Of a DNA stretch of 32,550 nucleotides, positions 1 to 9,739 are shown in pieces (the first letter of the stretch is position 1; each line of letters starts with the position of its first letter). Origin of the DNA: a virus (Duplodnaviria; Caudoviricetes); the IMG/VR virus record IMGVR_UViG_3300037424_001532, positions 1 to 32,550 of that record. One strand, written 5' to 3'. The notes below the pieces were generated by a model. That model searched no databases. It was given only the letters and a program-made list of their open reading frames with translations, and had not been told where the DNA came from. The translations under genes were made by a program, and so were the position numbers.

Positions 1-3000
1 GATGAAATTGGTGATGATGGAAGTGATATTGTTGGAGTACCACCAGAATCTTTAACGATAATAATTTCATCATTTGATGTGATGGTTGTATTTCCAGTAA
101 CAATTCTTATTTTTGAAACATTACTTCCCGTACTTCCAGTACCACCACTTATACTTGTATTTATTTTTACTTTCTTATCTACATCGTCCCAAACTAATAC
201 ATTTGTACTGGTTGATCCTGTAGGTGTACTCCAAATTGCTAATCTTGGTACAATTACATGTGAATCATAATTATATGTTGTATTATTAACATTTATATCT
301 TTACCACCAATAATTGTAGCACATGTACTATCAATAATGCAATTTCGAATACCGCCTAAAATTGAAGAATGTGTTGCACCTGAACAAATTCTAGATAATT
401 GACCAAACGCCATACTTGATGTAGAACATGATCTAGCTAATGCTCCAAATGCTGCTGAACATGCTCCATATGCTCTAGCTAATGGTGATGCAAAAGATAA
501 TTCACCGCGTGCTTCTGCTAAACAACCAATTGCTGCAGAACCATCACCATGTGCTCTACTTCCAGTACCAATTGCTACAGAACGCAAACCATATGCTCTA
601 CCTTGAATACCAACACTAAATATTGAATGTGCTTGACCACCACCACCTGCTGCAAATGAATATGTTCCAAACGCCAATGAAGATGCACCTAACGCAATCG
701 CAGATGTGCCTGTTGCATTGTTATTAAAACCTAATGCAAATGAATTAATACCAATTGCTGAATTAGTACCATTACCAATAGCAAAACTATAACCAAGAGT
801 ATCTATTTCAGTATTACCAGTTAATGTACCTCCTAATACAATATTATCTCCAAGTTTTGTCAAACCATTATTTGCAGTAAGTGTAGTACTTCCCGATCCA
901 CCTAAACTTGCTTTTGATACATAATCAATTATTCCTGTAGTTGTATTTCTAACTAATACTTGATCAGATAATACGTTGTTTACAGGAAGACTCATTAATG
1001 CCAAATTAGCAACTGCTGTAGTATCAATATATGATGTACCTGTTAATTTAATAGTATTACCACCAATGATTGTTGCACCAGTATTACCAACCTCAATGTT
1101 GTGGTTAATGCCTCCTAATATTACTGAATTATCTGCTAATGCGCCATGACCAGCAGTTTGCAAAGAATCATTTTGAGAAAAAACAAATGAAGTATACCCT
1201 GCTGCAAGAATATGTTTATTTCCAAGAGGATTTCCCTTACCACCACTGAATGAAGTATCACCACAAGCACGCGTACATCTACCTGATGCAAATGAAGTTA
1301 ACCCAACTGCACAACTTTCATCACCAATTGCAAAACTATATTGGCCGTATGCATTTGAATCACCAAATGCTGCTGATGTTACACCACTTGCCAACGCAAT
1401 ATTTGCAGCAAAAGCAGTTGTATTACAACTTATTCCTGAATTGAAAGCTGCACTTGAATTACCTATTGCTTGAACATTTTGACCTATTGCAACAGAATAT
1501 GCGCCACCAGCACATGCTCGTCTACCAAACGCAAATGACCCAGTACCTTCTGCTCTTGATTGTAAACTAACACCACCACATATACCACCAGCAAACGAAT
1601 AATCACCTAATGCTTGTGAACAACGACCTATTGCAAATGCAGATTTACCAGTTACTGTGGTATCTATACCAAAACTAAAGGAATCGTTTCCTGTTACAGT
1701 ATTTCCACTACCTATTGTAAAACTATATCCGTTATTATCAATATTAGTATTACCAGTTAATGAACCACCTAAACTTACTGTGTTTCCATTTAATACAACA
1801 CCGTTATTTGCAGCAGTTGCACCAGTACCGCTGCCAAATGATGAGTTTATTTTAACTTTCTTATCAGCACCGTCCCATACAAGAGCAGAAACACATGAAG
1901 ATGTGGTTGGGGATTCCCATATTGACAAATTATTAATAATTGTATTATTACCGTGTGAAGTGCCAGTTACTTTAATTTTGCAACCTAAAACAATTGCATC
2001 GTTGTTGCCGGCATTAATACAGTTTTGATAACCCATTGCAATACCATGCATTGAACAAACCCAACCACAACCACTTGAAAAAATAAATGCACCACCACCT
2101 TCTGTAGTAACATTATTGCCCATTGCAAAAGAATTATCTCCATTCGCAGTTGCACCACTACCAAACGCAAATGAAGTATCGCCACTCGCTATTGTACCAA
2201 CACCAAAAGCCGTAGAATAAGAACCTGTTGCTTGTGTATTACAACCAAATGCTGTAGAATAAGAACCTGTTGCTATTGAACTAGACCCAAATACAATACC
2301 AAAACCACCAGTATCAATACATGTATTGCCTGTTAAAGTACCACCTAACACAATATTGTTTCCAAGTTTTGTTAAACCATTATTTGCTGTAACTGTACTT
2401 CCTGAACCCCCAATAGATGAATTTATTTTTACTTTTCTATCTACATTATCCCAAACTAATGCTGTTGTGCATGTTGATGCAGTAGGTGTATCCCAAATAG
2501 CTAAATTTTGTACTACCCCATAATTATTATGTGAAGCAGTATCTATTGTAACACCACAAGTACCTATTAAAGTTACGTTATAACCAACGCCATTAATAAC
2601 ATTATCAAAACCACCAAAAATGGATGTTAAACACCCTGATGGTCCTGATGGTGCTGATACGCTATTTGTTATTCCTATTGAACGATTACCACTAACAATA
2701 ACACTATTTGCGCCACCATGTGAAATATTTGTATTATAACAATTAACAACACCCAAATTATGGCCCATTACTATTGAAACACACTCGCCATTATTTGATA
2801 TGCATTTTCCAAAAGAAAAACTAATTTCGCAAATCCCTGTCACTCCACTACCCCCAGCAAATGAATTATTACTAGCACTTACTGTTTGTCCAATACCTAA
2901 ACCAAATCCACCAGTATTAATATTAGTATCACCAGTTAAAGTACCACCTAATACAATGTTATTACCAATTTTTGTCAAACCGTTATTTGCAGTAACTGTA

Positions 3001-4019
3001 CTTCCTGAACCGCCTAATGATGCTTTACTTACATAATCTATTATGCCAGTAGTTGTATTACGTACTAAAACTTGATCAGAAGTATTGTTTATTGTTGGAG
3101 CATTATAAATAACTAATTTATTTACAGCAGTTGTACCACTATATGTATTATTGTCTAATGTTATTCCATAACCTAATGCTATTGCACAATTAGCTGCATT
3201 ATTAATATTACTACCAAAACCACTTGACATTGAACCAATTGCGCATACCCCACTACCAAACACAAATGAAGTATTACAAGCAATATTCGATGCTCCATCA
3301 CCATATCCCATTGCAAAGGAACCATCACCACAAGAAATAATACAACTTGTATTTTTTACTAAACCTGCTGCAATAGAACCATTACCATTTGCGCTTATAA
3401 TTGAATTATTATCCGACGAACCCATTGCAATAGAACCGCTTCCTATTGAACATATACTACTATTAAATAAAGGTGCTCCCATCGATAATGTGCCACAACC
3501 AGAAGACGTTAACAGCGCATTTGTTCCAATAGCAAAACCCATAGCAACAGAACCATATGATGTTGAGCAAATTCTTGCTGATCCACCACCACCATATGTG
3601 CCCCCAAGAACAAGAGAGCCAGTACCGTTTGCAATAATATCTACTGATGATGTATACCCAGCCCCTAATATTAATGATTTATTAGATGCTGTAGCATTAG
3701 TACCAATTACTAAACCAAAACCACCTGCATTTATACAAGTATTTCCTGTTAATGTGCCACCCAATACAATGTTATTACCGTTTTTTGTTAAACCATTAGA
3801 CGCACTTGTAACCGGTGCTTCTTGCCAAGAAGTGCCACCAGTTACATCAGAAGTTAAAACATAACCATCTTGTTGATTTCCATCATCAATACGAAGGGTA
3901 CCACCATTTTCAATTTCTAATTGACCATGAATCTGAGTACAACCAGATAAGGTAAGTGTATTGTTTGCAATTTGTTCAAATTTTGCATTACTTAATTTAG
4001 GTTTAGTTTCAAATCCCAT
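1..4019 (-). CDS. Large modular tail-fibre/adhesin-like protein (>1339 aa, 3' end outside window); not in ORF track
   Basis: ATG at 4019 (MGFETKPKLSNAKFEQIANNTLTLSG...). The same frame is still open at the window edge (...KDSGGTPTISLPSSPIS). It has five modules starting ANNGLTKxGNNIVLGGTLTG, followed by 14-aa AxGxxSxAFG repeats and LVWDxxDKKVK-type linkers. Paralogous to 5068..9651. Confidence 0.85.
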   Translation of the reverse strand, partial: MGFETKPKLSNAKFEQIANNTLTLSGCTQIHGQLEIENGGTLRIDDGNQQDGYVLTSDVTGGTSWQEAPVTSASNGLTKNGNNIVLGGTLTGNTCINAGGFGLVIGTNATASNKSLILGAGYTSSVDIIANGTGSLVLGGTYGGGGSARICSTSYGSVAMGFAIGTNALLTSSGCGTLSMGAPLFNSSICSIGSGSIAMGSSDNNSIISANGNGSIAAGLVKNTSCIISCGDGSFAMGYGDGASNIACNTSFVFGSGVCAIGSMSSGFGSNINNAANCAIALGYGITLDNNTYSGTTAVNKLVIYNAPTINNTSDQVLVRNTTTGIIDYVSKASLGGSGSTVTANNGLTKIGNNIVLGGTLTGDTNINTGGFGLGIGQTVSASNNSFAGGSGVTGICEISFSFGKCISNNGECVSIVMGHNLGVVNCYNTNISHGGANSVIVSGNRSIGITNSVSAPSGPSGCLTSIFGGFDNVINGVGYNVTLIGTCGVTIDTASHNNYGVVQNLAIWDTPTASTCTTALVWDNVDRKVKINSSIGGSGSTVTANNGLTKLGNNIVLGGTLTGNTCIDTGGFGIVFGSSSIATGSYSTAFGCNTQATGSYSTAFGVGTIASGDTSFAFGSGATANGDNSFAMGNNVTTEGGGAFIFSSGCGWVCSMHGIAMGYQNCINAGNNDAIVLGCKIKVTGTSHGNNTIINNLSIWESPTTSSCVSALVWDGADKKVKINSSFGSGTGATAANNGVVLNGNTVSLGGSLTGNTNIDNNGYSFTIGSGNTVTGNDSFSFGIDTTVTGKSAFAIGRCSQALGDYSFAGGICGGVSLQSRAEGTGSFAFGRRACAGGAYSVAIGQNVQAIGNSSAAFNSGISCNTTAFAANIALASGVTSAAFGDSNAYGQYSFAIGDESCAVGLTSFASGRCTRACGDTSFSGGKGNPLGNKHILAAGYTSFVFSQNDSLQTAGHGALADNSVILGGINHNIEVGNTGATIIGGNTIKLTGTSYIDTTAVANLALMSLPVNNVLSDQVLVRNTTTGIIDYVSKASLGGSGSTTLTANNGLTKLGDNIVLGGTLTGNTEIDTLGYSFAIGNGTNSAIGINSFALGFNNNATGTSAIALGASSLAFGTYSFAAGGGGQAHSIFSVGIQGRAYGLRSVAIGTGSRAHGDGSAAIGCLAEARGELSFASPLARAYGACSAAFGALARSCSTSSMAFGQLSRICSGATHSSILGGIRNCIIDSTCATIIGGKDINVNNTTYNYDSHVIVPRLAIWSTPTGSTSTNVLVWDDVDKKVKINTSISGGTGSTGSNVSKIRIVTGNTTITSNDEIIIVKDSGGTPTISLPSSPIS
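136..227. repeat. 92-bp exact duplicate of 6737..6828
   Basis: ccagtaccaccacttatac...gatcctgtaggtgt is identical in both fibre genes by direct reading. Confidence 0.9.
2227..2392. repeat. 166-bp near-exact duplicate of 6566..6731
   Basis: Only two mismatches by eye (2242/6581 and 2327/6666). Confidence 0.9.
3113..3190. repeat. Patchy duplicate of 6315..6392
   Basis: Shared ctaatttatttacagcagttgt and taatgttattccataacctaatgctattgcacaat flank a short divergent middle. Confidence 0.8.
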
Positions 4020-4032
4020 TGTTTTTATCAGT

Positions 4033-4065
4033 ATTTGTTTATAAATACTTTATTTATAAACAAAT
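4033..4065. repeat. Perfect 15-bp inverted repeat with 3-nt loop overlapping the late-promoter-like motif
   Basis: ATTTGTTTATAAATA-CTT-TATTTATAAACAAAT. Confidence 0.85.
4040..4050 (-). promoter_or_regulatory. Putative phage late promoter (AAGTATTTATA)
   Basis: Motif lies 21 nt upstream of the fibre ATG and recurs at six sites upstream of genes in the window. Confidence 0.6.
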
Positions 4066-4094
4066 CAATCAAACCAACTCTAAATTATTAAAAT

Positions 4095-4934
4095 TTATTG
4101 TGAATGCGACTTTATAAATTGAGTAATATCCTTATAATTTTGTTCCAACTGATTAATATCAGCTTCATTAAATATACCCTCTTTTCTTGGTTGCGGTGAA
4201 GTTAATTTACCTTCTTTAATTTTATGTAGTGTATTTGGAGCAAATCCATGTTCAAAATCATATTCGATTATCGTTTGTTTTATATTGTTAAAATCATATT
4301 TAAATGGAGGTAATTCTAAATCATTATGTATTTTTTCTAACATTTTATCTGGATACAATAATAAATCATTATACGGTACAACTATTAATCTATCAGTATC
4401 TCCCCTATACATTAATTCCCTTAAATATAAAATAGGTAAACCAAAAATACCGTCATCTTTTAAAAAATTTTGTGCTCTTCCTACTGTAGTTTGTTCATTT
4501 ATAAAATTACCATTATCACCATGATTTATTAATGAACCCTTTCTGTTCATCATTTCCATTGATATACAACAATCAACAACATTTCTTATTAAAAATATTA
4601 GTTTAACTTTTGTATCAAACAAATTATCCAACATATCAACATGACCGTGCCACATGCGATTTTTATCTATTGGAATTATCCCGTTTTCTATTTGATCATA
4701 ATAATAACCCATCAACATCCATTTCATCATGTTCCTTATCTTAGGATAAACATAATCTTCACCGGATGCACGAAAAATATCGTTTTTTTTCCAATTGTTT
4801 TTTACTTCTAATAAAGGCGCAATCAAACCAGATGTTGGTGAACCATGTAATTTAGGGTTTTGATTTAAAATATTCATCAATAATGTCGAACCTGCTCTTG
4901 GAAATCCTGACATAAAAAATAAATGTTGTTTCAT
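4095..4934 (-). CDS. PAPS-dependent sulfotransferase family protein
   Basis: 5'-PSB loop GFPRAGSTLL, DKNR motif, 3'-PB-like LIRNVVDCCIS and the later VPYNDLL..P motif. Confidence 0.8.
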   Translation of the reverse strand: MKQHLFFMSGFPRAGSTLLMNILNQNPKLHGSPTSGLIAPLLEVKNNWKKNDIFRASGEDYVYPKIRNMMKWMLMGYYYDQIENGIIPIDKNRMWHGHVDMLDNLFDTKVKLIFLIRNVVDCCISMEMMNRKGSLINHGDNGNFINEQTTVGRAQNFLKDDGIFGLPILYLRELMYRGDTDRLIVVPYNDLLLYPDKMLEKIHNDLELPPFKYDFNNIKQTIIEYDFEHGFAPNTLHKIKEGKLTSPQPRKEGIFNEADINQLEQNYKDITQFIKSHSQ

Positions 4935-4956
4935 ATTATAAAAAATTATGATTTAA

Positions 4957-4965
4957 TATAAATAC
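4957..4965 (-). promoter_or_regulatory. Putative late promoter (GTATTTATA)
   Basis: 23 nt upstream of the sulfotransferase ATG. Confidence 0.5.
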
Positions 4966-5007
4966 AAAAAAAATGGAAAATCTTTCGAATTCCGATAATT
5001 TTTTTAT

Positions 5008-5057
5008 AAAAGGGAGCGTAAAACCCATCCATCAGAAAATATGGGTGAGTAGTTCAC
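5008..5057 (+). mobile_element. ~50-bp hairpin mini-element copy A (IS200/IS605-end-like)
   Basis: TTTAT|AAAAGGGAGCGTAAAACCCATCCATCAGAAAATATGGGTGAGTAGTTCAC; aligns with copies at 10869, 16714 and 23938. Confidence 0.65.
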
Positions 5058-5067
5058 AATTAAGGTG

Positions 5068-8000
5068 TTAATTAATGAAAGATAATGTATACCATTCGCT
5101 ATCATCACCACTCCACATAACTTCAAGAGCACCATAATCAGTGTTAAGCAAAGCACTGGTGGAACCATCAATACCGTCAGCACTAAATACTGTAATGTTA
5201 TTTGTCAATGCATTACCTGTCTTATCTTTAATCTTAATTGCTTGACCATCAAATGGAGACACAGGAAGAGTAACAGTAACAGCATTACTTGAAGAATCTA
5301 CAAGAAGAACATAAGTGCTATCAGTAGTTGCGGTAATTGCACTACTAGTTATACCACTGTAATTATATATGTTATTACTTTCACCTAATGATGATCCATC
5401 AATTTGTTTAACCTTCTTATCTGTAGCATTCCATACAAGAACAGCATCTGTTGTTGTTGAACCAGAACCAGGAGCAGTCCAAATTGCTAAATTGCTTACT
5501 ACACCATGATTTATATATGTTGAACCAGTTAAACTAATATTACTACCTGCAAGAATACCTGCATTAATATTGCTAACAGAAATACTATTGTATGAACCAC
5601 CAATTATTGCTGAGGTATTGGCGTTTGTAACAACACAATATCCTATAGCAATACTACAATTACCAATTGCACATGATGAAAATCCTCCTGCTAATGAAGT
5701 TATACCATTAGCACATGATGTTTCACCAAATGCTGTTGAGTCAGTTCCGCATGCTTTTGTCCCTCTACCAAATGCTGTAGAATAATTACCTATTGCACAT
5801 GTATTACTACCAAATGCTGTAGATGCACCACCACATGCGCATGTTCCACTACCAAAGGCTGTAGATAGATTACCACCCGCAACACTTATGCTACCAAACG
5901 CAGTTGAAGTGCTACCACTTGCAATTGTACCATTACCAAATGCTGTCGATATTACACCACTTGCTGTTGTTAATCTACCAAACGCAGTTGCGCAAGCATT
6001 TATTGCACAAGTATCTTTACCAAATGCGGTTGATGTAGAGAATGTTGCAATACTACCACAACCAAATGCTATAGATGCACCACCACTTGCACATGCACCT
6101 GCTGTACCAAAAGTAACTCCAAACCCTTGTAAATCAACACAAGTATCACCAGTTAATGTGCCACCAAGACCTATTTCGCTATTACCATTAACATTTAGAC
6201 CGTTAGTGGCTGTAACAGAAAGAGAACCTTGTGTTATTTTCTTAACCTTTTTATCTGTTGAATCCCATACAAGTAAATCTTGTGTTGAACCGGCATCAGG
6301 AGTATTAAAGATTGCTAATTTATTTACAGCAGTTGTGCCACTATATAAATCATTTGTTAATGTTATTCCATAACCTAATGCTATTGCACAATCACCACCA
6401 TTAATGACATTATAACCAAACGCAAGTGAAGTATTTCCGCTTGCATGTGTACATACACCAATTGCAGTAGAACCATAACCCGTTACTAACGTATCTACAC
6501 CAAATGCTATGGAATAATCACCAATAGCATAGGTAGAATTACCAAATGCAGTAGAACCATAACCCGTTGCTTGTGTATTATAACCAAATGCTGTAGAATA
6601 AGAACCTGTTGCTATTGAACTAGACCCAAATACAATACCAAAACCACCAGTATCAATACATGTATCGCCTGTTAAAGTACCACCTAACACAATATTGTTT
6701 CCAAGTTTTGTTAAACCATTATTTGCTGTAATTGCACCAGTACCACCACTTATACTTGTATTTATTTTTACTTTCTTATCTACATCGTCCCAAACTAATA
6801 CATTTGTACTGGTTGATCCTGTAGGTGTGTTAAATATAGCTAAATTACTAACAACTACATAATCTCCTAATCCACTATCTCCTGAAACACATACCCCACA
6901 CCCTAATGCAATAGTATTATCATTACCAGCATCTACACGAACATTATAACCCACACCAAAGGCATGATTTGAACAAACATGACCACAAGCACTAAATATT
7001 GTCGCAGAATATCCAAAAGCAGTCACACTATTACCAAACGCAAATGAGTTGGTAGAACATGCAAATGTTGATGAACCAATTGCAAATGAATTATCTCCAT
7101 ATGCTCTTGAATTATAACCAAACGCAAATGAACGCCCACCAGCAGCACATGAGTTTGTGCCCATTGCAAATGATTGTGACCCCACAGCAGTACCCCACAT
7201 TGCGGCAATCGATTCAGAACCGAATGCTTTTGAGATCCGACCAAACGCAATTGAACATGCACCAGTTGCACATGCGGTGCTACCTAACGCAATTGAATCA
7301 CAACCAATTGCAGATGCGTTGTTGCCAACACCAAAACCAAATGTTGCAGAATCAATTGTTGTTGTACCAGTTAATGTACCACCAAGTTTAACTTCTTGCC
7401 CAACCAGAGATAAACCATTGGTTGCACCTGTTATACTATTAATTGAGCTAATAGAAACTTGTTTTACTTTTTTATCTACACTATTCCAAACTAAAACACC
7501 ATCAAACATATCGCCTGTTGTTGGTGTAGTAAATATTGCTAAACTACTTAATGCGGTATAATCAATATATGATGTACCTGTAAGTTTAATTGCATTACCC
7601 CCTATAATTGTTGCATTTGTATTACCAACTGCAATATTATGATTAATACCGCCAAATATTGACGAACAGTTTGCTAATGCACCATGCCCCGCTATTTGGG
7701 AAGTATTATTTCTAGAAATGTTAATTACTGAATTACCCGATGCATATAAATTTCTCAAACCAGTTGCGCCACAACCCATTACAAATGAATATGGAGAATT
7801 TTGAGATATAATTGCCAGTTTTCCACTAATAAATGAGTTTGAAGAATTATCACATATTGTACCACCTAATGCTGTTGAGCATTCTGACCCACACACACTA
7901 CCTTGTGCTGCTGCAAATGAAGATAATGAATTACACACTAATCCATTTAATGCTGCACTATAAGATGATGTTCCTTTAGTTGAACCACCAGCAGCAGCAA

Positions 8001-9651
8001 ATACATTATCTCCGCTTGCTTCTGAATATTTACCAAATGCTGCACTATAATTACCATATGCATATGCATATGAACCAGAAGCAAATGAATTATTACCAGA
8101 AGCAACGTTTTTTGCACTGTTATTACTTACTTGAGCACCACCAAACACAAATGAATTTTTACCTATGGTTCCTGTTCTTTGACCAAAAGTTAATCCATAT
8201 AAATTATTAAGATCAGTATCAACACAAGTATCACCAGTTAAAGTACCTCCTAATACAACATTATCTTCAACCTTTGTTAACCCATTATTTGCAGTAGTTA
8301 TTGGAGTGCCTAACGCAACCACAACTTCATCACTATCAATATACAAACAATTATTGGTTCCAAAATGAACAGGAACTTCTGTACCAGTAATTGCAGTCGA
8401 ATCTACATTCACATTAACAATACCAGAAGTCATAGTTAATCCAGAACCCGCTATTGAAGGATCGACCCTTAAACCAAGAGAGCCATTAAAAGATAATGCA
8501 CTATCTGTTTCTGCAAGTTTAACACTAACCGTATTCTTAGAACTTATTATACTTATTGTAATACCCGTTCCTGCTTGAACATTTAATTGTTGAGACAATA
8601 ATGACCAATTAATATCAGTAGACCCCACAGTGATAGGGTCTTGTGTGGTTACAACCCAACGAGTACCTGCAAGAGTATCCCCGCTCATTACTAAAGAAAA
8701 TGCCCCATTTGAAACTTCACCGCTAGGTGCGCCATCAAAATCACTTGAACGAGTAAATCCAGATGTTGATGCAGAATAAACCCAAATACCGTTTTCGATT
8801 GGATTTGTTTGATTTTTAACAAGTACTCTCCATCCATTTTGAACAACCATGTTGTCTATAGTTGTACCAGAAACAAACGTTCCACCAGTTAAATCTATAT
8901 TGCCATCCGAAACTGTTGTTGCAAGAAAAACAGCATCTTTAGCTTCAAGACCAGTAGCAACAGAATCTACATATGCTTTATCTACTAATGAACGATCTGT
9001 GTAATTAGTTGCATAATCTGAATTATACTCAATACCTTTTTGATTTGAACCAAATCTATTATCGATTATAGAAAATATATTATTAACATAATCTAAATCA
9101 AAACCTATTGCCGAACTAAAATTATCACCCGAAACAACACCATTTTGAGATTTAAGCACAAGTTCACCTTGATTTTGAGCATCTATAACAAAATCACCAC
9201 CAACTCCTTCTGTTTTTAAATAAGCACAAACATTAGCACTTATATCATAACAATTAGATAATTGACAATAAATGTTTAATGGACTTGCAGAAACCCCAAA
9301 TAAATAAGTGTTATTACCGCCACTTATTGTTGTAGTTGCTTGTGTTAATATGCCACCAAGAACAGCATCATTTGAACCAACCTTTGTCAATCCATTTGTT
9401 ACACCAGTTATTGCTGTTGCAGTAAAAGTAGTGTTTTTATCTATTAAATCACCATCTAAAATACCGTTTTTATACCAATATTCATCACCAAGAATATTAA
9501 CAGTCAAACCAATATGTCTAATACCACTAGGGATGTTTGCGTTTACGTTTGCAACACTATTATATGGCGTTTCACCACTAAGAAAATACTTAGCATCAGC
9601 AGGTTTCTGATTTAATACTTCTATCCCGAAAGGTAATTGTAAATTTGCCAT
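5068..9651 (-). CDS. Large modular tail-fibre/adhesin-like protein (1527 aa)
   Basis: N-terminal fibre-type region (DKAYVDSVATGL...RVLVKNQTNPIENGIWV), four full NGL...LGGTLTG modules with YadA-head-like repeats, and a C-terminal VTLPxSP...IKIKD domain. Confidence 0.8.
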   Translation of the reverse strand: MANLQLPFGIEVLNQKPADAKYFLSGETPYNSVANVNANIPSGIRHIGLTVNILGDEYWYKNGILDGDLIDKNTTFTATAITGVTNGLTKVGSNDAVLGGILTQATTTISGGNNTYLFGVSASPLNIYCQLSNCYDISANVCAYLKTEGVGGDFVIDAQNQGELVLKSQNGVVSGDNFSSAIGFDLDYVNNIFSIIDNRFGSNQKGIEYNSDYATNYTDRSLVDKAYVDSVATGLEAKDAVFLATTVSDGNIDLTGGTFVSGTTIDNMVVQNGWRVLVKNQTNPIENGIWVYSASTSGFTRSSDFDGAPSGEVSNGAFSLVMSGDTLAGTRWVVTTQDPITVGSTDINWSLLSQQLNVQAGTGITISIISSKNTVSVKLAETDSALSFNGSLGLRVDPSIAGSGLTMTSGIVNVNVDSTAITGTEVPVHFGTNNCLYIDSDEVVVALGTPITTANNGLTKVEDNVVLGGTLTGDTCVDTDLNNLYGLTFGQRTGTIGKNSFVFGGAQVSNNSAKNVASGNNSFASGSYAYAYGNYSAAFGKYSEASGDNVFAAAGGSTKGTSSYSAALNGLVCNSLSSFAAAQGSVCGSECSTALGGTICDNSSNSFISGKLAIISQNSPYSFVMGCGATGLRNLYASGNSVINISRNNTSQIAGHGALANCSSIFGGINHNIAVGNTNATIIGGNAIKLTGTSYIDYTALSSLAIFTTPTTGDMFDGVLVWNSVDKKVKQVSISSINSITGATNGLSLVGQEVKLGGTLTGTTTIDSATFGFGVGNNASAIGCDSIALGSTACATGACSIAFGRISKAFGSESIAAMWGTAVGSQSFAMGTNSCAAGGRSFAFGYNSRAYGDNSFAIGSSTFACSTNSFAFGNSVTAFGYSATIFSACGHVCSNHAFGVGYNVRVDAGNDNTIALGCGVCVSGDSGLGDYVVVSNLAIFNTPTGSTSTNVLVWDDVDKKVKINTSISGGTGAITANNGLTKLGNNIVLGGTLTGDTCIDTGGFGIVFGSSSIATGSYSTAFGYNTQATGYGSTAFGNSTYAIGDYSIAFGVDTLVTGYGSTAIGVCTHASGNTSLAFGYNVINGGDCAIALGYGITLTNDLYSGTTAVNKLAIFNTPDAGSTQDLLVWDSTDKKVKKITQGSLSVTATNGLNVNGNSEIGLGGTLTGDTCVDLQGFGVTFGTAGACASGGASIAFGCGSIATFSTSTAFGKDTCAINACATAFGRLTTASGVISTAFGNGTIASGSTSTAFGSISVAGGNLSTAFGSGTCACGGASTAFGSNTCAIGNYSTAFGRGTKACGTDSTAFGETSCANGITSLAGGFSSCAIGNCSIAIGYCVVTNANTSAIIGGSYNSISVSNINAGILAGSNISLTGSTYINHGVVSNLAIWTAPGSGSTTTDAVLVWNATDKKVKQIDGSSLGESNNIYNYSGITSSAITATTDSTYVLLVDSSSNAVTVTLPVSPFDGQAIKIKDKTGNALTNNITVFSADGIDGSTSALLNTDYGALEVMWSGDDSEWYTLSFIN

Positions 9652-9739
9652 GTTATGCTGTGATTAATTTATCATCATTTTTATATTCTCAATAGTAATT
9701 ATATGCACATCTTCTTTCTTTACACGTAATATCTCATAA

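Noticed and set aside
4966-5005. Terminator between the 1527-aa fibre and the sulfotransferase
   Set aside because: The stem is short and imperfect (GGAA...TTCC); possible but not supportable
2227-6828. Diversity-generating retroelement TR/VR pair suggested by near-identical repeats in fibre genes
   Set aside because: No reverse transcriptase in the window, both copies are in coding sequence, there are only 0-2 mismatches, and the two seen do not both have A in the same copy
5068-9651. Bacterial trimeric autotransporter adhesin
   Set aside because: No signal peptide or recognisable C-terminal membrane anchor; the N-terminal domains and gene context are phage-like
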